Shown one piece after another: positions 39,490 through 53,000 of a stretch of DNA of 64,000 nt. Within the stretch, counting starts at the first letter, position 1, and every line of letters begins with the position of its first letter. Both the position numbers and the translations under genes were made by a program. The DNA is from Dicyema japonicum (taxonomy: Eukaryota > Animalia > Dicyemida): positions 1,408,111-1,472,110 of the forward strand of contig RDEW01000002.1 of the NCBI GenBank assembly GCA_011109175.1. Reading direction: 5' to 3'. The notes under the pieces are model-generated. The model was not told the DNA's origin. It searched no databases and worked only from the letters and a program-made list of their open reading frames with translations.

Positions 39490-40330
39490 AAATAAAAGTT
39501 CTCATCTAACTAAGTGATCCCAGACCGACAAAGGTGAGGACGAGTCCGGTGGGGTCGAGAATCCTGAACAGCTCTTCTCATTAGACATGGCATCGGATCA
39601 AAATTTCTGTATGATTGTAGATAATTCGATAGTATATGGAATAGAGGGCAGCTCGGTAGAATAGTCTCCTTTAATAGTTTCCGTTGTAGTTCGATTAAAA
39701 AGTTTTCAATGGGTTGAATATTGTGATCTGGTCCAATTAACTTTATTGCAGTCTCCTCGATTGCAGATAATTTCAATGAGGAAGATCGTGACATTTTCAT
39801 TGCCCATGAAGGACTTGCATACGTCATCGTTGGTCGGATGAATTGTTTGTAAATCGTTGCAAGGACACCAGTTTGATCTCTAAGTGATTTTCAGGGCACT
39901 TTTAAAATTCTCATTTTTTTCAGAGCAGAAGTTACTTTGTTTTCAACATGCCGGATAAAGATGAGTCCCTGATCAATGGTTACTTTCATAATCTTTGGTG
40001 TTTTGTTAATAGAGATAGCTTCGTTCTTCATAAAGACTTTTGGTTCGATACAGAGCTGTCTCTTGTAGGTAATAAACAGTGTTACAATGGACTTTGCTGC
40101 CTATGTGTCGAGTCTCCCCTTCGAGAGCCATAGTTCCAAGTTGTCGAGCATTTGTTGAGCCAACTGAGTCGCTAATTGTATGCTTCTGTTCTTGGAAGCA
40201 AGAATGATATCGTCGGCATAGGAAAGGATTAGACAGTTTTCATTACAGGTTTGTGGCATGTCGTTTATGTAGAGATTGAAAGTTGGAGTGATAGTGAGGA
40301 GCCTCGTCATAAAACGACATGGACTGGGCA
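39490..40330 (-). mobile_element. LINE RT 3' half (Jockey/I-like)
   Basis: FNLYINDMP..SYADD and YKQFIRPTMTYASPSW. Confidence 0.85.
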
Positions 40331-42620
40331 ACGACTTCTACCTCCAAAGACTCTATTAACATTTTCAATCAAATCGACTACATCATCTGTCGAGTCAATG
40401 AAAAATCACTCCTACGTGACTCAAGGTCTTACGGAGGTGCAGCTATCGACAGTGATCACAAGATAGTCTCTGCCAAGTTCACAATGAGGACTTTGACTGA
40501 CCTAATAAGAAGAGAGCCAAACGTAGATGTAAGAAGAAGCTATAAAATGGAACAATTTTGTTACTCTACATCGATCAGAGACAACTACCAAATATCAATT
40601 ACGAAATTTCTCGAAACCTTGATCCCGGACTTTTTCTCCAAGAGGCACTGGGCGGAGACAATGGAAGGGATCTTCTCGGCAGCAAATGGGAATATCGAAC
40701 CTGGTCCCCAGCACTGTTTAAAAAATGTATACATCCAGATGTTCCCGCCCTTATTAAAGAACAAAGGGAACTAAGATTACAACTGGAAAATACTTCTGAT
40801 CCGGACAGGAAACAATTCTCGAAGTCTAGAAGAAGATCCATCCAGAAAACCATAAAGATTTTGAATAAGAAGCACGCCATTAACCTACTTGATTTAAGAG
40901 CTGCATAGGTTGAACAGTTAAAAGACTCATCAAAAATATTCACTGCAATCCGTCTGCTCAACAGAAGAAAACAAACGAACAAACTCAAACTCCATGAGGA
41001 GAATGGAAGACAACAAATCCCAAAGATCAGGCTGAATATTTGCGTCGTATTTCGAGATATATTAACTGTCCGCGGAGAAATATCTGATCATACTTGTGGA
41101 TACGCCACCCAACTTGATAAAGCTATCACACCTGGCAAAATCTCAAATGCAATGGTCAAACTTAAGAATGGTCGCTCCCCTGGACCGAATGGAATCAATT
41201 CAGAACTTGTCAAATATAGGCCACCTGCACTAACAGACAAGTTGCCAAAACTACTCAACTCTATGTTTATAAAAAAAGAATACCCAGCTCTTGGATCCGG
41301 ACTATTAATACCAATACAAAAACCTAACAAGCATGCTGGGCCTGTTGAAAACCTACGTCCAATAATCCTGCTAAACACCTTAAGGAAACTTCTGGCATTA
41401 GTTACGTTGAACCGAATCAGAGAACAAGTGGACAACTATCTATCCTCTAGTCACAGTGGATTCAGGACAGGAAGATCCACTGCAGATGTAGTATGGAGCC
41501 ACAAGTGGCGCTGCGCTATCAACCAGAGATTTGAAAGTGCAACGACAGTCCTGGGAATAGACCTTTCTAGGGCCTTTGACACGGTCCGTCGTGGTCTACT
41601 TCTCAAGATACTGAAACAATTCTTGGACCCAGATTCTGTCAATATGATCAGAGTGTTCCTATCTAACATGAAGCTCAGAGTGTGGTCGGTAAGACGTTAT
41701 CCCGTGAATTTACGTGCAATGTTGGTACTCCCCCCCTGCTATTTGTCATATATCTGGAGGCGGCATTACGAGATCTTCGGAAGTTCTATGATGGCAACAT
41801 CGTCGAAATTGCCTTATGCGGACGACGTCGACGTTGTGTCAGAGACAAATCGGCCACTTCGACTCCTCGAGCTGGCCCCTGCTGAACTGAACCGATGGTT
41901 CCTTGGAATGAACATCGCAAAAACTGACATTTGGAAATCAGGAGAATGGAAAGCAGATCAAGTGAAACATGGCGAAAAACAAACAAACTTGGCTCTTTAC
42001 TTGGAGACAGTCAAGATATTGCCAGAAGGAAAGCCCTCGCTTGGGTAACGATGAACAAGTTGAAGAAAGTGGATTGCAAACGACGATCTTGCAAATCACT
42101 TCGTTTGAGACTGTATAAGTTTTTGTCAAGTCGATCCTAATGTACAATTCATCGACCTGGGGAACGTCCAAAACCGAACAACTTGGACTAGACTCTTTCC
42201 ATCGAAGACAACTTAGATCCCTACTAGGACTGAACTGGCCAGCAAGAATAAAATGGAATCGCTGTACAAGAGCACGGTCCACTGTATCTCGAAATTGCTG
42301 ATATGCGCTAGAGGCTATTTGGACATGTCTTGCGTATGGACTTGAACGCTCCAGCAAACATGACAATGGAGGACTACTTTATGAAAAAAGGGCCGTGTCT
42401 TCGTGGACTCCGGCGTATTACACTACCTGAAACACTTGACGGAGATCTAAAGCTCGTGAACAAACGTCTAAGAAGTGGAGACGACTTGGACGAGTTGAGG
42501 AAAATCTCCTACGATCGAGGAGGTTGAAAAAAGTTGGTTCGGAAGATTGTTTCGAATGCTGCACGAGTGAAATTATAACTATTATGATTTTACAAATGTT
42601 GCTTATAATAATAATTATAC
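40320..42620 (+). mobile_element. RTE-like LINE (APE C-terminus, RT, 3' end), frameshifted
   Basis: QIDYI..SDH, RSPGPNGI, NLRPIILL, GFRTGRST, IDLSRAFD, YADD and LFGHVLRM. Confidence 0.9.
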
Positions 42621-42844
42621 CCTCATCACTTGAAGACCTTATCCGACAAAATGGAAAGGGATTTGCTACCCTGTGCAAGCAGTGCAACTATCAACAATAC
42701 ACAGCCACGACGTGTCTTATGAGAAGGGTATACTTCACCCCTCACCAATTCCTATTCCCGAAACCACCCCACCCCAGAGAAGTTGTGTTGGATCCCAGAA
42801 GGCGCACGAGGAAAAAATGAGAATTCTGATTGAGGCCTTCGAGA

Positions 42845-43117
42845 TCACTTTATTAATTTAGTAATTAAATTAACTATTGGTGTTCTCTGGTTAATAATAA
42901 TATTCCTATATAGATCACACAAACGAGAGTTATATGGTCTTGCTACGGGCAGATGCTTTCGTAAAATAAACCATTCGCCTGTTTTTTTAACAAAAACCTC
43001 GAATGGGATTGGATCTGTTGCAGAACTGGAAAACGTTTGGTAACTGATTAAAAATTCTTCGTACATGTTCGGTTCAATATGTTGGGTATATAAGGAACTC
43101 AGCTGTGAGAAACTCAT
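42845..43117 (-). CDS. Intronless 90-aa hypothetical protein
   Basis: Clean ATG-to-stop ORF, divergent from 43237 across a 120-bp AT-rich spacer. Confidence 0.4.
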   Translation of the reverse strand: MSFSQLSSLYTQHIEPNMYEEFLISYQTFSSSATDPIPFEVFVKKTGEWFILRKHLPVARPYNSRLCDLYRNIIINQRTPIVNLITKLIK

Positions 43118-43236
43118 TTTATCTTTATTTCAATATTTATTTATCAAAATAGTTATTATTTTGATGATATAATATTGATTATTACATAAATAGTCTATAT
43201 AAATGAACGATTTTGTACATATTCTGTGAATTAACC

Positions 43237-43512
43237 ATGGATGATCAAACATATTATTGCCAAAATTGCAATGTGCCCGTCCGAGATTGTTTCTGCGATG
43301 ACAGAACAATGTCAGTAGTGGAGGATCATTGTCGAACGTGTAATGTGCCAATTCGAGATGTTTCTCGTGATGACAGAACAATGTCAGTAGTGGAGGATCA
43401 TTGTCGAACATCTCTGTTTTTGATACACCCTCGGGATTTGGAACACTTCGAAAATTTTATTAGAAAATTAATAAATCCTTACAAAAAAGACCTCGTTTTG
43501 GAACACTTATAA
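43237..43512 (+). CDS. Small Cys-rich protein (CxxC-x6-CxC) with 24-aa internal repeat
   Basis: MDDQTYYCQNCNVPVRDCFC; 72-bp tandem duplication at 43267-43410 keeps the frame. Confidence 0.5.
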   Translation: MDDQTYYCQNCNVPVRDCFCDDRTMSVVEDHCRTCNVPIRDVSRDDRTMSVVEDHCRTSLFLIHPRDLEHFENFIRKLINPYKKDLVLEHL

Positions 43513-43628
43513 TTATTTTAATTTAAAATTAAATTTTACAGTTTTTATATTTTACTACAATTAATTTTTAAATCACGTGCAGATTTTTGTTCATTTTTTT
43601 GTTTGTCTTAAAGTTATCTACACCTTTT

Positions 43629-43900
43629 ATGGGCTTAAACTACAATACAAAAGTTGAAATTGCTGAACTTCTTTCAAAAAAGGAGCATTCAATTCGAAAA
43701 CTCGCGAGAATGTTTGACACGGAACAATCTCTAGAATCAAGAGAAACATTGTTCCATTCACAAAAAATGGACAGATTTATTCAAATGCAGAGACTTTAGA
43801 GTCAGTCACTATTGAAACGCATAAACTTTTGGATTCAAAAGTGTTGGATGTATTTCAACTTAAAAGTCTTAGTATGGCTGACTGGATCCGTAAAGTTTCG
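43629..43900 (+). mobile_element. pogo/Tigger N-terminal HTH remnant
   Basis: LNYNTKVEIAELL..SIRKLARMFD. Confidence 0.5.
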
Positions 43901-45208
43901 TCGAATCCTAAATTATACGTCTAACTTATTTATTTGCTTATTAACCCCATTTTTGGAAGCCCAACAAAAATAGTCACTACTAATTAATCCAAGGAAGGAA
44001 CCCAAGGGAGAACATCTGCTTGTGTCGACCAAATCCATCCTCCAATAGTCCATTACACCCTTCCGCTTCCGAGAGAGGTGGAGAACTAGGTCCGCCCTCT
44101 TCCATTTCGTCGCACGTTTTACTGCCGCGGACATCACTTTATTCTTTAGCGAGAGAGTTTTTCATAATGGTAAATCTTCACCAGGGATTTAGACAGGAAG
44201 AAAGGTCGAAGATCTTTTAAACAACTGCGCGTCGTGCAGAAGGACCCGTCGTCTCCCGGGTGGGATCTGTTTGACGAGAATTGACGTCTAATATATCTAA
44301 TTAACATTTTTATTATCGATTGATCTGTAAAATAGTTTCCATTAACAGCGTTTGAAATATTTCTATAACAGAAAATGACTAATATGCGGATTGTAAATGA
44401 CGGATTGAGATCAAACTCACTTTCAGTGTGGAGTGAAAACAAAGTTCTCCTTAATCCTGCTTTTATCGATAAACAACACGTGGCTGTAAACGGGAATATA
44501 GCAATTTATAATAAAATGTCTTATTTTATGTTACTAAATAATTTACCAAAGCGACATTTTGTGCTGCAAAGTCCACGATTCTGGCAATTTTGTGGCAGTC
44601 GAATTATCTGACGGAAAAATTAACGTCAAACCATGAATTATTTAAGATTTACGATACCCATAACGGAAATTTGCTTCATGGTCTTTATGACGATGATTTG
44701 AAAAAAAACCCCCTGCAAGTAGATCCGGTTTATTAAGGAGACACAGTTCTTAATAGCTAATTGTACTTTTTAGAATAAAGCCTATAGATGGGTCGGGAAT
44801 AGTCAAATCTTGGCAATATAAGAACGAATATTGCCTTAGGACAGTTAAGGAATCTCGGTGTACCTTCTCCCAGGCGGTTCAACCAGCCATAAAAAGAGTT
44901 CTAATGGGGACATATTTACATATGACGTTAAGACAGGAGATGAAGTCATGTGTTGTTTTAAGGGGTTTCAGTAAAAATAACTTGAAGAGATCAATTCACC
45001 AAAGTGACAGGACACATCTTTCGTGTTTTCCGAGTATATCATCCGTCCACACAACATTCTTTCATTACTGGGGGATGGGATAACACGATTTTGGTTTAAT
45101 TGTGGGTTACTAATGTAATTTTGGGATGATCGAAGTAAACATGCTCAGGTTAAAAGTTTGTAATTTAATAGAAAAGAAAAATCTCAGGTCCTATGTGGAG
45201 AAGTAAAT

Positions 45209-46983
45209 TTATTTAAAGATAAATTTATCGGTTTGGTATTCATCAGATATATCATCATCACTAAATATTTTGTCTTTGTTTTTCAAAAATGGTTGGTTTT
45301 CGCTAAAAATAAATCCAAAGCTACCATTTCATTTCAAAACAATTAAATCCGTCATGTGACTGCTGATCCATCACTAAAATTAATAAAACAAAAAATACAG
45401 CTATAACTCTCCCCCATCTTCCAATACAGATTTTAACCGCCCAGCAAATTAAAATGATAATCAATAATACAATGAAAGATATCGCAATTATCCTTCCAGA
45501 TCTGTTAGTTTTTTCTAAATATCCGAATAATGGGCTACTCGTATATTTTAATTCAATAGGAGGGGACTTATTCTCCCAAAAACGTGGCTCTCCAATATAC
45601 AGTAGTAGATTCCCGCCATGCTATCAAGATTACTGACATTTTGTGTTGAAATTTTCATAGTTCTGCTATTACACCTAATTGTACCTCTTAATATTCCCAG
45701 TCATTGGGGATACTTTGTATTTATCAGAGGAAGTGATTATTTTGTCTTCACGGTAGAAGTTAAGGTCGCTGAGATTTGTTAGAATTGGATCGATGGGAAC
45801 GATACATTCTAAAGTTGTGGATTGATTAGGCTTAAGAAAGGCGGTCTTTGGAGAATGGAGAATTAGCGACGGCACTCAAACATAAATATGAATAAACTCT
45901 CAACAACGATCATTCTGGAAGAGGATGTAGCAGTTATATTGTTGGAATTGAGATAAAATAAGCGAAGCACTGAATTGAGGCTGATTTTGTTATATTTCTG
46001 AGCAAAATTTGGCTGAAATTATCCCCTAAAAAATAAGTGCATAAATACATTCATGCATGATTTCCCCGTTAATGGTCCAATGAAGTCCTTTTCTTTTCGA
46101 CTCCCAATCCGATATCCCAATTGATGTCGTGAACCAGCAAGATCCACCATTAAGGACCACACAGTCTTTCATGTCATTATCAATCACAAGGGATTCAATG
46201 TAATCAAAAAGAGCACTTCGATTCCCAATACTGCAGTTCCAACGTCCCGGAGTTAGATCTTGGTCAAACTCTAGCAACCGTTAACAAAGCTTTAACCACG
46301 TGTGATGTTTGTCCCCATTTTATGATAACTTATTTCTTTTGATCCAACGCCAGAAAAGAAACATTTAAATAATTTTGAGTGTGATATTCTCGCTGTAAGA
46401 CCAGGCGGGGGATATTGCATGAGTGGAGAAGTAGTTAAGGATTGATTCGTCAAAAATATTCTAATTTTGTTCCCATCAGTGTTTGAACAGTTTATATTCG
46501 CATTTGAGCACTTAATCGTTACTCCGTCAAAGAATAGAATATCTATTTTCAATCAAATTGGGATACCCGGGAGTAATAATCATAGTCAAATGAGCAGCAC
46601 TCGGATTTACAGGAGCCTGGGACCGCCTTAGTTTCCACTTTTAGACAACCATTGCTTGGGACGTCCAAATTATAAACCACGGTTTTCTTATCTAAATATT
46701 AGAATATTATAAAATGACCACTATCAGGAAACAGTTGGGAGATCGGTCGAAGAGGTCCTTTAATGCAGCTGCAGTCGTTTTTGGCGACACAGTATTCGTT
46801 GTTAACCAAGTCAACTCTAAAAAAATCATGAATGAATTACTGAGCTGACGACTGGTCGACGTCGCATATGAAAAAACCGAAGGATGGCCAGACAAGGACA
46901 GGTGGAACAAATTTGAGAGGAATACAACGGTGATTAAAATTGCTGGTTATGAGGAAAAGTAGATTTAAAAAAAAGTATAACAT
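45209..46983 (-). CDS. Type I membrane protein with Ig-like domains, 10 exons
   Basis: Signal peptide MLYFFLNLLFLITS; Ig-like motifs EYCVAKN, GRWNCSI, WTINGE..IQCFA and TLECIV..GIYYC; TM IIAISFIVLLIIILICWAV; short acidic tail. Introns at 46817-46840, 46692-46718, 46543-46566, 46271-46296, 46026-46048, 45875-45897, 45663-45684, 45374-45398 and 45303-45324. About 3-4 single-base frameshifts must be corrected. Confidence 0.75.
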
Positions 46984-47289
46984 TGATAAGAAATTAGGTC
47001 GGTTATGAACTATTATATTTCTAAAAATTCCAGGCTAATTTATTTATTATTAAAAATAATAAAAATTGATAAAACGAATAGATAAATAATAAAAAATAGA
47101 TTGAATCTGGTTGGCCTTTAAAAATTTTTTAACACCTGACAGATCTCTGGGAAAAACTGCTATTGGCCTTGACATTCTTGTTAGCCACTGGTTTCCTTCA
47201 CTCTAAAAATCGGGGGTAAATGAATTAATTTAAAGAATAATTTATTTATATTGCCCAGAATATGAGTTAAAAGTGATCCCAAACCAACT

Positions 47290-49730
47290 AGGTGGAGGTC
47301 GATGCTTGCGAAGACGGCTATCTTGTATTGCTTTTCTTATTAAGACAGGTCTCATATTTTGTTTTGCATCTGTTCAACTGAGACTTGGAGTTCAATGGTA
47401 CGATCGAAGTTGCTTGAAGGAGAAACCCGATCCGCATTGAAGGACCTGATGGACCTCTCAATCCAACCTCTGATAATACAAGATTCTATTGGAGAAGCAT
47501 CCACCCTCTCCGAATGATCTACGTCACTGTTCACCCCCATCAAAAGTGACCCCTTTGACCACGTCGTCTGAGGATGTCATCAGGGCGTTATGGAACTTTG
47601 CACCAAGTAGCAGTGGAAGTCTCGATGGCTTAAGGCCCAGCCATCTTAAAGACCTTATTTCACCGACGATTGGAGACCAAGCATGTGGTCTCTCCTTCTC
47701 ACTCACTTCTCTTATGAACAGGATATTATCTGGACATTTGCCTGATTTGATAGGTCATATCTTGTTTTCGATAGTTTGATTGCAGTCGACAAGATGGGAG
47801 GTAGGATCCCCCGATCGCGGTCGGATTCATTTCAGAGACTAGCAGCCAAGATTGCTTCCAAATTTTCTACGTCAATCTTGTCAAAATTCCTTACTTCTCA
47901 GTCAAGTTGGAGTCTGAGTTCGTCTTGGATGTGAGGCAACCATTCACTCCATCAGGAAATTCATGAACCGCAGCATTCAAGACTTTAAAAGGCACACTAT
48001 GGTAAAAGCTGGACATCAAGAACGCTTTTAACAGTTTAAGAAGAGACTGCATTCTGGAGGCCTGCAAGAAAGATGTCCATATATTTTTGAACTGGTCAAT
48101 TATTCATACGGAAAGCCTACGTCACTATTGCACGGGGATTTCATGGTTCCATCGTCCTCAGGTGTTCAACAGGGCGACCCCCTCGGATCACTGCTGTTCT
48201 CCCTCGGAATTGAAGGATACGAAGCTTCTCGATGCCCACTCAACAATTGGTACTTCGATGAAGTTGTCATAGGAGGTGCCCCGGAAACGGTCTTCCAGGA
48301 GTTAGAAGTACTCATCCCCGCGTTGTCCGAGGTCGGTCTTGAGTTGAATACACGAAATGTGAAATAACAAACTGTGGTGTGCTGACGATGACTTCTCTTC
48401 AATTGTTCCAAAATTTTACTCCTTGTTTCCTGGTGGGATTTCGACCCCTGAAAACGAATTCATTTTTCTTGGATCACCGATCACTAGGAATGCGATGAAG
48501 CATGTCCTCCTTGACAAAAACAACTATGCTAATCGCTAGACAGATTACAGCTACTTGACTCACACTTAGCACCATTCCTCATGAAAAGAAGTCTTAACAA
48601 TCAGAGAATCGCCTATTTACTCAGGACAGCCCCGTACTATTCCAATTGGAGCAACTTGAGCACTTTGATTTGTCTTTCCTCAGCTCGACGGAGCAAATAT
48701 TCAAGTCAAATTCGATGATGCTACATGGAAGCAAGCCTTACTCCCAGTTAGATTTGGGGGTCTAGGAATCCATCGTACTTTGGACGTCTCACTTACTGCA
48801 CATCTGTCTTCACTCACGGCCTGCGAACCTTTGGTCAGGAGGATTCTACACTCCCTACCCGAATTCTCAATTGACCAAGACATAATCCACGCACGAGATG
48901 CCTGGAATGCCACCAACCTCCCCCTGCCTCCTTCACAAGACTGCCAGCAAAACCTAGACAATTTATTATGTTGAAAATCACTTGGACTCCTACTGGAATC
49001 AGCCAGTCAGCACCGACGCGCTTGTTTGCTTTCGGGGGCTTCCCCTAAAAGCGGAGCTTGTCTAAACGCCATCCCCAATGGAGTTCTGGGCACCTTTCTG
49101 GATGATGAATGCGTTAGAAGTGGTATCTCTCTGCGGCTGAGACTGAAAGTATGTGTACCTCATCCGTGCCGATGTGGCATTCTGATAGACTGCTATGGCC
49201 TGCACCCTATCTACTGCCAGAGGAGCGCTGGCAGATCTCCAAGGCACAAGGCTCTGAATGAGATTGTCAAGCGGGCTATGGATGCTGCTGGATACTCGGC
49301 CATTCTTGAACCGGTCGGGTTATGCAGAAGTGACGAGAAACGACCGGACGGGATGACCATATTTCCCTTTGAGGCCTGGAAACCACTTGTTTGGGACGTG
49401 ACATGTACAGACACGTTCGCCCCGAACAATCTTCACGAGTGAGCTTGAAGGGCCTGCTCTGCAGCCGTCAAGGCGGAGAAGGCCAAACTCGAAAAATACG
49501 TCGACCTTCCCAATAATGTTAAATTTGTTCCCCTTGCTATGGAGACTTTGGGATCCTACTCCCCCTCTACAATTGAGTTTTTCGGACGTCTTTTAAACCG
49601 GATCACCTCATGCACTGGAGATCTCCGGAAACGCCGCTGGCTATTTGAGCGAATTTCGCTCGCAATTCTGAGAGGGAACAGCCACGCAGTCAAGGCGGCA
49701 ACTAACTAATTTATGTTTTGACCAAAATAA
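47290..49730 (+). mobile_element. CRE-like element (family B), longest copy: RT plus zinc knuckle plus RLE
   Basis: GSLDGLRP, KLDIKNAFNS, GVQQGDPLG, WYFD, LPVRFGGLG, CRCG, KRPDG and ILRGN. Confidence 0.92.
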
Positions 49731-50049
49731 TTAAGTAAATTTAGATACCTGAAATGATTTGTTCATACACAAAATATGTTGTCAATTTTTCATTTGAAAT
49801 AGCTGAACCAACATTTGGTGAATTGACGGATAATGAATATCTAAGAATCAACAAAACGGTATTAATATGTCCATCTGTAATCAATGAAATTTGTCATCAT
49901 AAAGTGATTACATGGTTATTAGGATATTTTAGTTTAGAATTTATTATTTAATTTCGATAAAGTTATTTCATTATTTAATATTGTTTTAATTCTCTAATTA
50001 AGAGTTAGCAATGCTAAATTTATCTTTGACTCTCTATCTCCTGAACTTC

Positions 50050-50670
50050 CTTAAACAAGTTGATCTCCCGTTCAAAAAACTGCTAAAAATTATTGGAGCA
50101 AGATTCAGGTCCGCTCCTATCGAAAAACATCTTATTGAACGATAAAGGACCTCATTAATGGCGGCCAATATACCAGGCAGTCCCTTAAACAAAATACCTT
50201 GCATTCAGCTCACAATACGAGGTAGTGCCATCCTTAATAAAATCCGGATGTTTTTCCATGTCTCATCCTTCAAAGGAACTGTCGTCAGTCTCTCTGAGAG
50301 GGTGTCTGCCGAGGTGGATAGGTAATTTCATAAATTAATGATTTGTGTTATATAGCGAAGATGGATTTAACAAAGATGGTGGTCCTGGTTCTGGAAAGAT
50401 GAGGCATCAAAAAGTTTGCCGGTGGAAGACCTGAATGTCGGTTCTCTAAGGAAAAGTCATAATGAACTAACACTCCTTGCATGGACCTCTAAAGTCTACA
50501 TGTCGAATGAGACAAAGATAAAAAAGGTTGACTGCTCTATTCTGAAGGGATATCAATCTGTCAACATTGTATGGAAGGATGGTGCAATAGATGGGTTGGG
50601 GACATCTATTTTTATCGTGACTATCTCCTAACTAAGAATTATTGTGTCATTTTATCAGAATTTGTATCTG
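50050..50670 (+). mobile_element. Diverged relative of the 37455 LINE (APE start)
   Basis: NETKIKK..GYQSVNIVWKDGA, compared with NETKVKK..GYYSINILWEDGA. Confidence 0.6.
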
Positions 50671-50679
50671 TGAAAGTTT

Positions 50680-51698
50680 ACCCGTCCCAGATTTGAAGCC
50701 ATGTTCCGGAATGTCGGATTAACATATTTATTATTTAGTAATGTGGGATTGTGATAAACTATGCAATTAAAAAATTAAACAATTATAAAAAAATATAAAA
50801 ATAATATTAAATTTGAATTAATTAACGCATTCTTTAAAAAATTGTTTGTGATGCCTCTCACTTCAAATAGAAAATGTATTTTTTATCAAACAATTTAGGA
50901 AGGAATATCCATTTCTTAAAAATGTGGAAACGATCATACCGCTGAATGCATTCTGTGCTATTCGCGTTTCTCAATTTCTCATGGAGGGTGCTCTGATATA
51001 AAGGCTCACAAAAACAAAACTCAATGATATTAAAGAAAATAAATTTCAACGTGAGTTGTTTGAAAGAAATTTTTATATTTTTTATTGCTTCTGTGTATCG
51101 TATTTGGAATTGTGGGAAAAAATGAAGCTGAGGGGAATTCTTTCTTTGGATACAAAAAAGTGATATTGAATTGTTTGATGTAGAAGCATCGGCAGAAAAA
51201 AAATTAATAAAACATTGGATTCGAAGATATAAATATCGACGATTTATTTGAAGAATGTAAAACGTTTTGCTTTACAAAAGCTAATCAGGATAATTGTGAA
51301 TTAAATTGGATGCATGTTTGTAGATATTTTAATGAGAAGACTATTCAAATTCATAATTTTATTAAAATTATCTATGTTTTTTGCATGCACGGCACTACGG
51401 CTCATGTAGAAAGAATATTTTCAAATATGAATTCAACTTGGTTAAAAGAAAAAAGTCGAATGAAAGAAGAAATTCAAATCATTATTGAGTTGTAAATTGA
51501 ACATTTTTGAAAAATTCTAAAATAATCAAAAATTTTTAGATTAAATTCATTCAGTTCAAAAATATAATCGACTTTTTTGGTTAATTTTAAATAAAGAAAT
51601 CTTTTTTCTTGTTTTATGTGAAATTTTTTTGTCCCAGATATTGATTATCAAAATAAATAAATGTCCCGGATTTTTAGAATAGTAAAGTGGTAAGCCTA
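50680..51698 (+). mobile_element. hAT transposon remnant with right end
   Basis: GTTAHVERIFSNM dimerisation motif; end ...TGTCCCGGA...GGTAAGCCTA resembles hAT termini. Confidence 0.7.
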
Positions 51699-52689
51699 GT
51701 TATTCCTAATCTGAAAGAACAATGTTGGATAAACATTCACCTGGAGTTGGTAATAGTTTGAAATCAGAATAGAAAGCATATTCATGAAGTCAGACGTATC
51801 TCATATTGATTGAGACAATTACATGAGCTTCTTGTTGAATAATTTATGTATTTGACCCAATGAGTTTTCAACGAAGGATAATATCGTTATTGCAAGCAGG
51901 ACGAAATGGAACAATCATGGAAAGCTGTTTCGTCGAGGGTTAATAACGTTAAATAAACCGGATAGTAACATAACAGGAGGAATTACCCTCGATTTTTAGG
52001 GATCAATTAGAAACATGCAGACTTGATCCCTGATGATAAAAAGATTCAAATAACGATGCAAGTAAGCGGAAGAATAGCTGTCAATTCAAAACTAAAGTGT
52101 TACCTTATTGGAAGGTGAAAGCAGTCAGAAAATGCGAAACCAATGCTGCGGGTTATGACTTCATGGTCCTTTTCAACGAGGGACTTGAGATTATGTTTGA
52201 CGTTTTACTGATTCTATATGAATTATGCCTCAGACAAGGTCATATTTTTCGAAGATATTCATTATTAGAATGATTCCGAAACCGGAAAAGCTGAGAAGAG
52301 ATCCAACAAGTTGCAAACCCATTTCTTCACTCAGTTCAATTTGGAGCATAGTGGTTGGAAGGATCTATGGCACAAAAAATGTGAAATTTTATATAAAACT
52401 CTGAGGACAAACTTAAAGGAAAAAGTTCCTGGGACAAGTGTTCATCCCACAATGCAGGACAAAAATATAACCCCTTCTATAACTCCAAAATCTTTAATAA
52501 TAAAGTTTTTTTATTTTTGTGGAAAATCAGAGACCTGATGTATTGCTAAATTACTTGCAAAAATATTAATTAAAATTAATTTTAAATTAAATTAATAAAT
52601 ACTGTGGTGTAACAAGGGTTAATTATAATATTAAACAGAAAAAATAAGATAAATACAGTCCGACCACACCCCAAGCCACCCCCGCTTTT

Positions 52690-53000
52690 TAGGGCATTTG
52701 TGAATCATGCCTATTTTTGAGTATTAATTGATAAACCATGGAGGTACTGGAATAATTGCTGCTAAAGTCTAATTTACGTATTATCAAAATGTTATTGTCA
52801 CATACAGAGCTCTCCTTAATATTTGGTGAGATATACTCTAGAAAATTTACGGTTATCGAGGGGACTCATCAAGGAGACTCCTTCTCCCAACTTCTATTCA
52901 TTCTATATTTGGAAGTTGTCATGAGAGAACTCAGAACACTATTCCAAGAAAAAAGTAACTTCCAGAGATGATGTGGACCCAATTGCTAATAAAAAACAGA
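52690..53000 (+). mobile_element. RTE-like RT fragment
   Basis: GTHQGDSFSQLLFILYLE. Confidence 0.65.
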
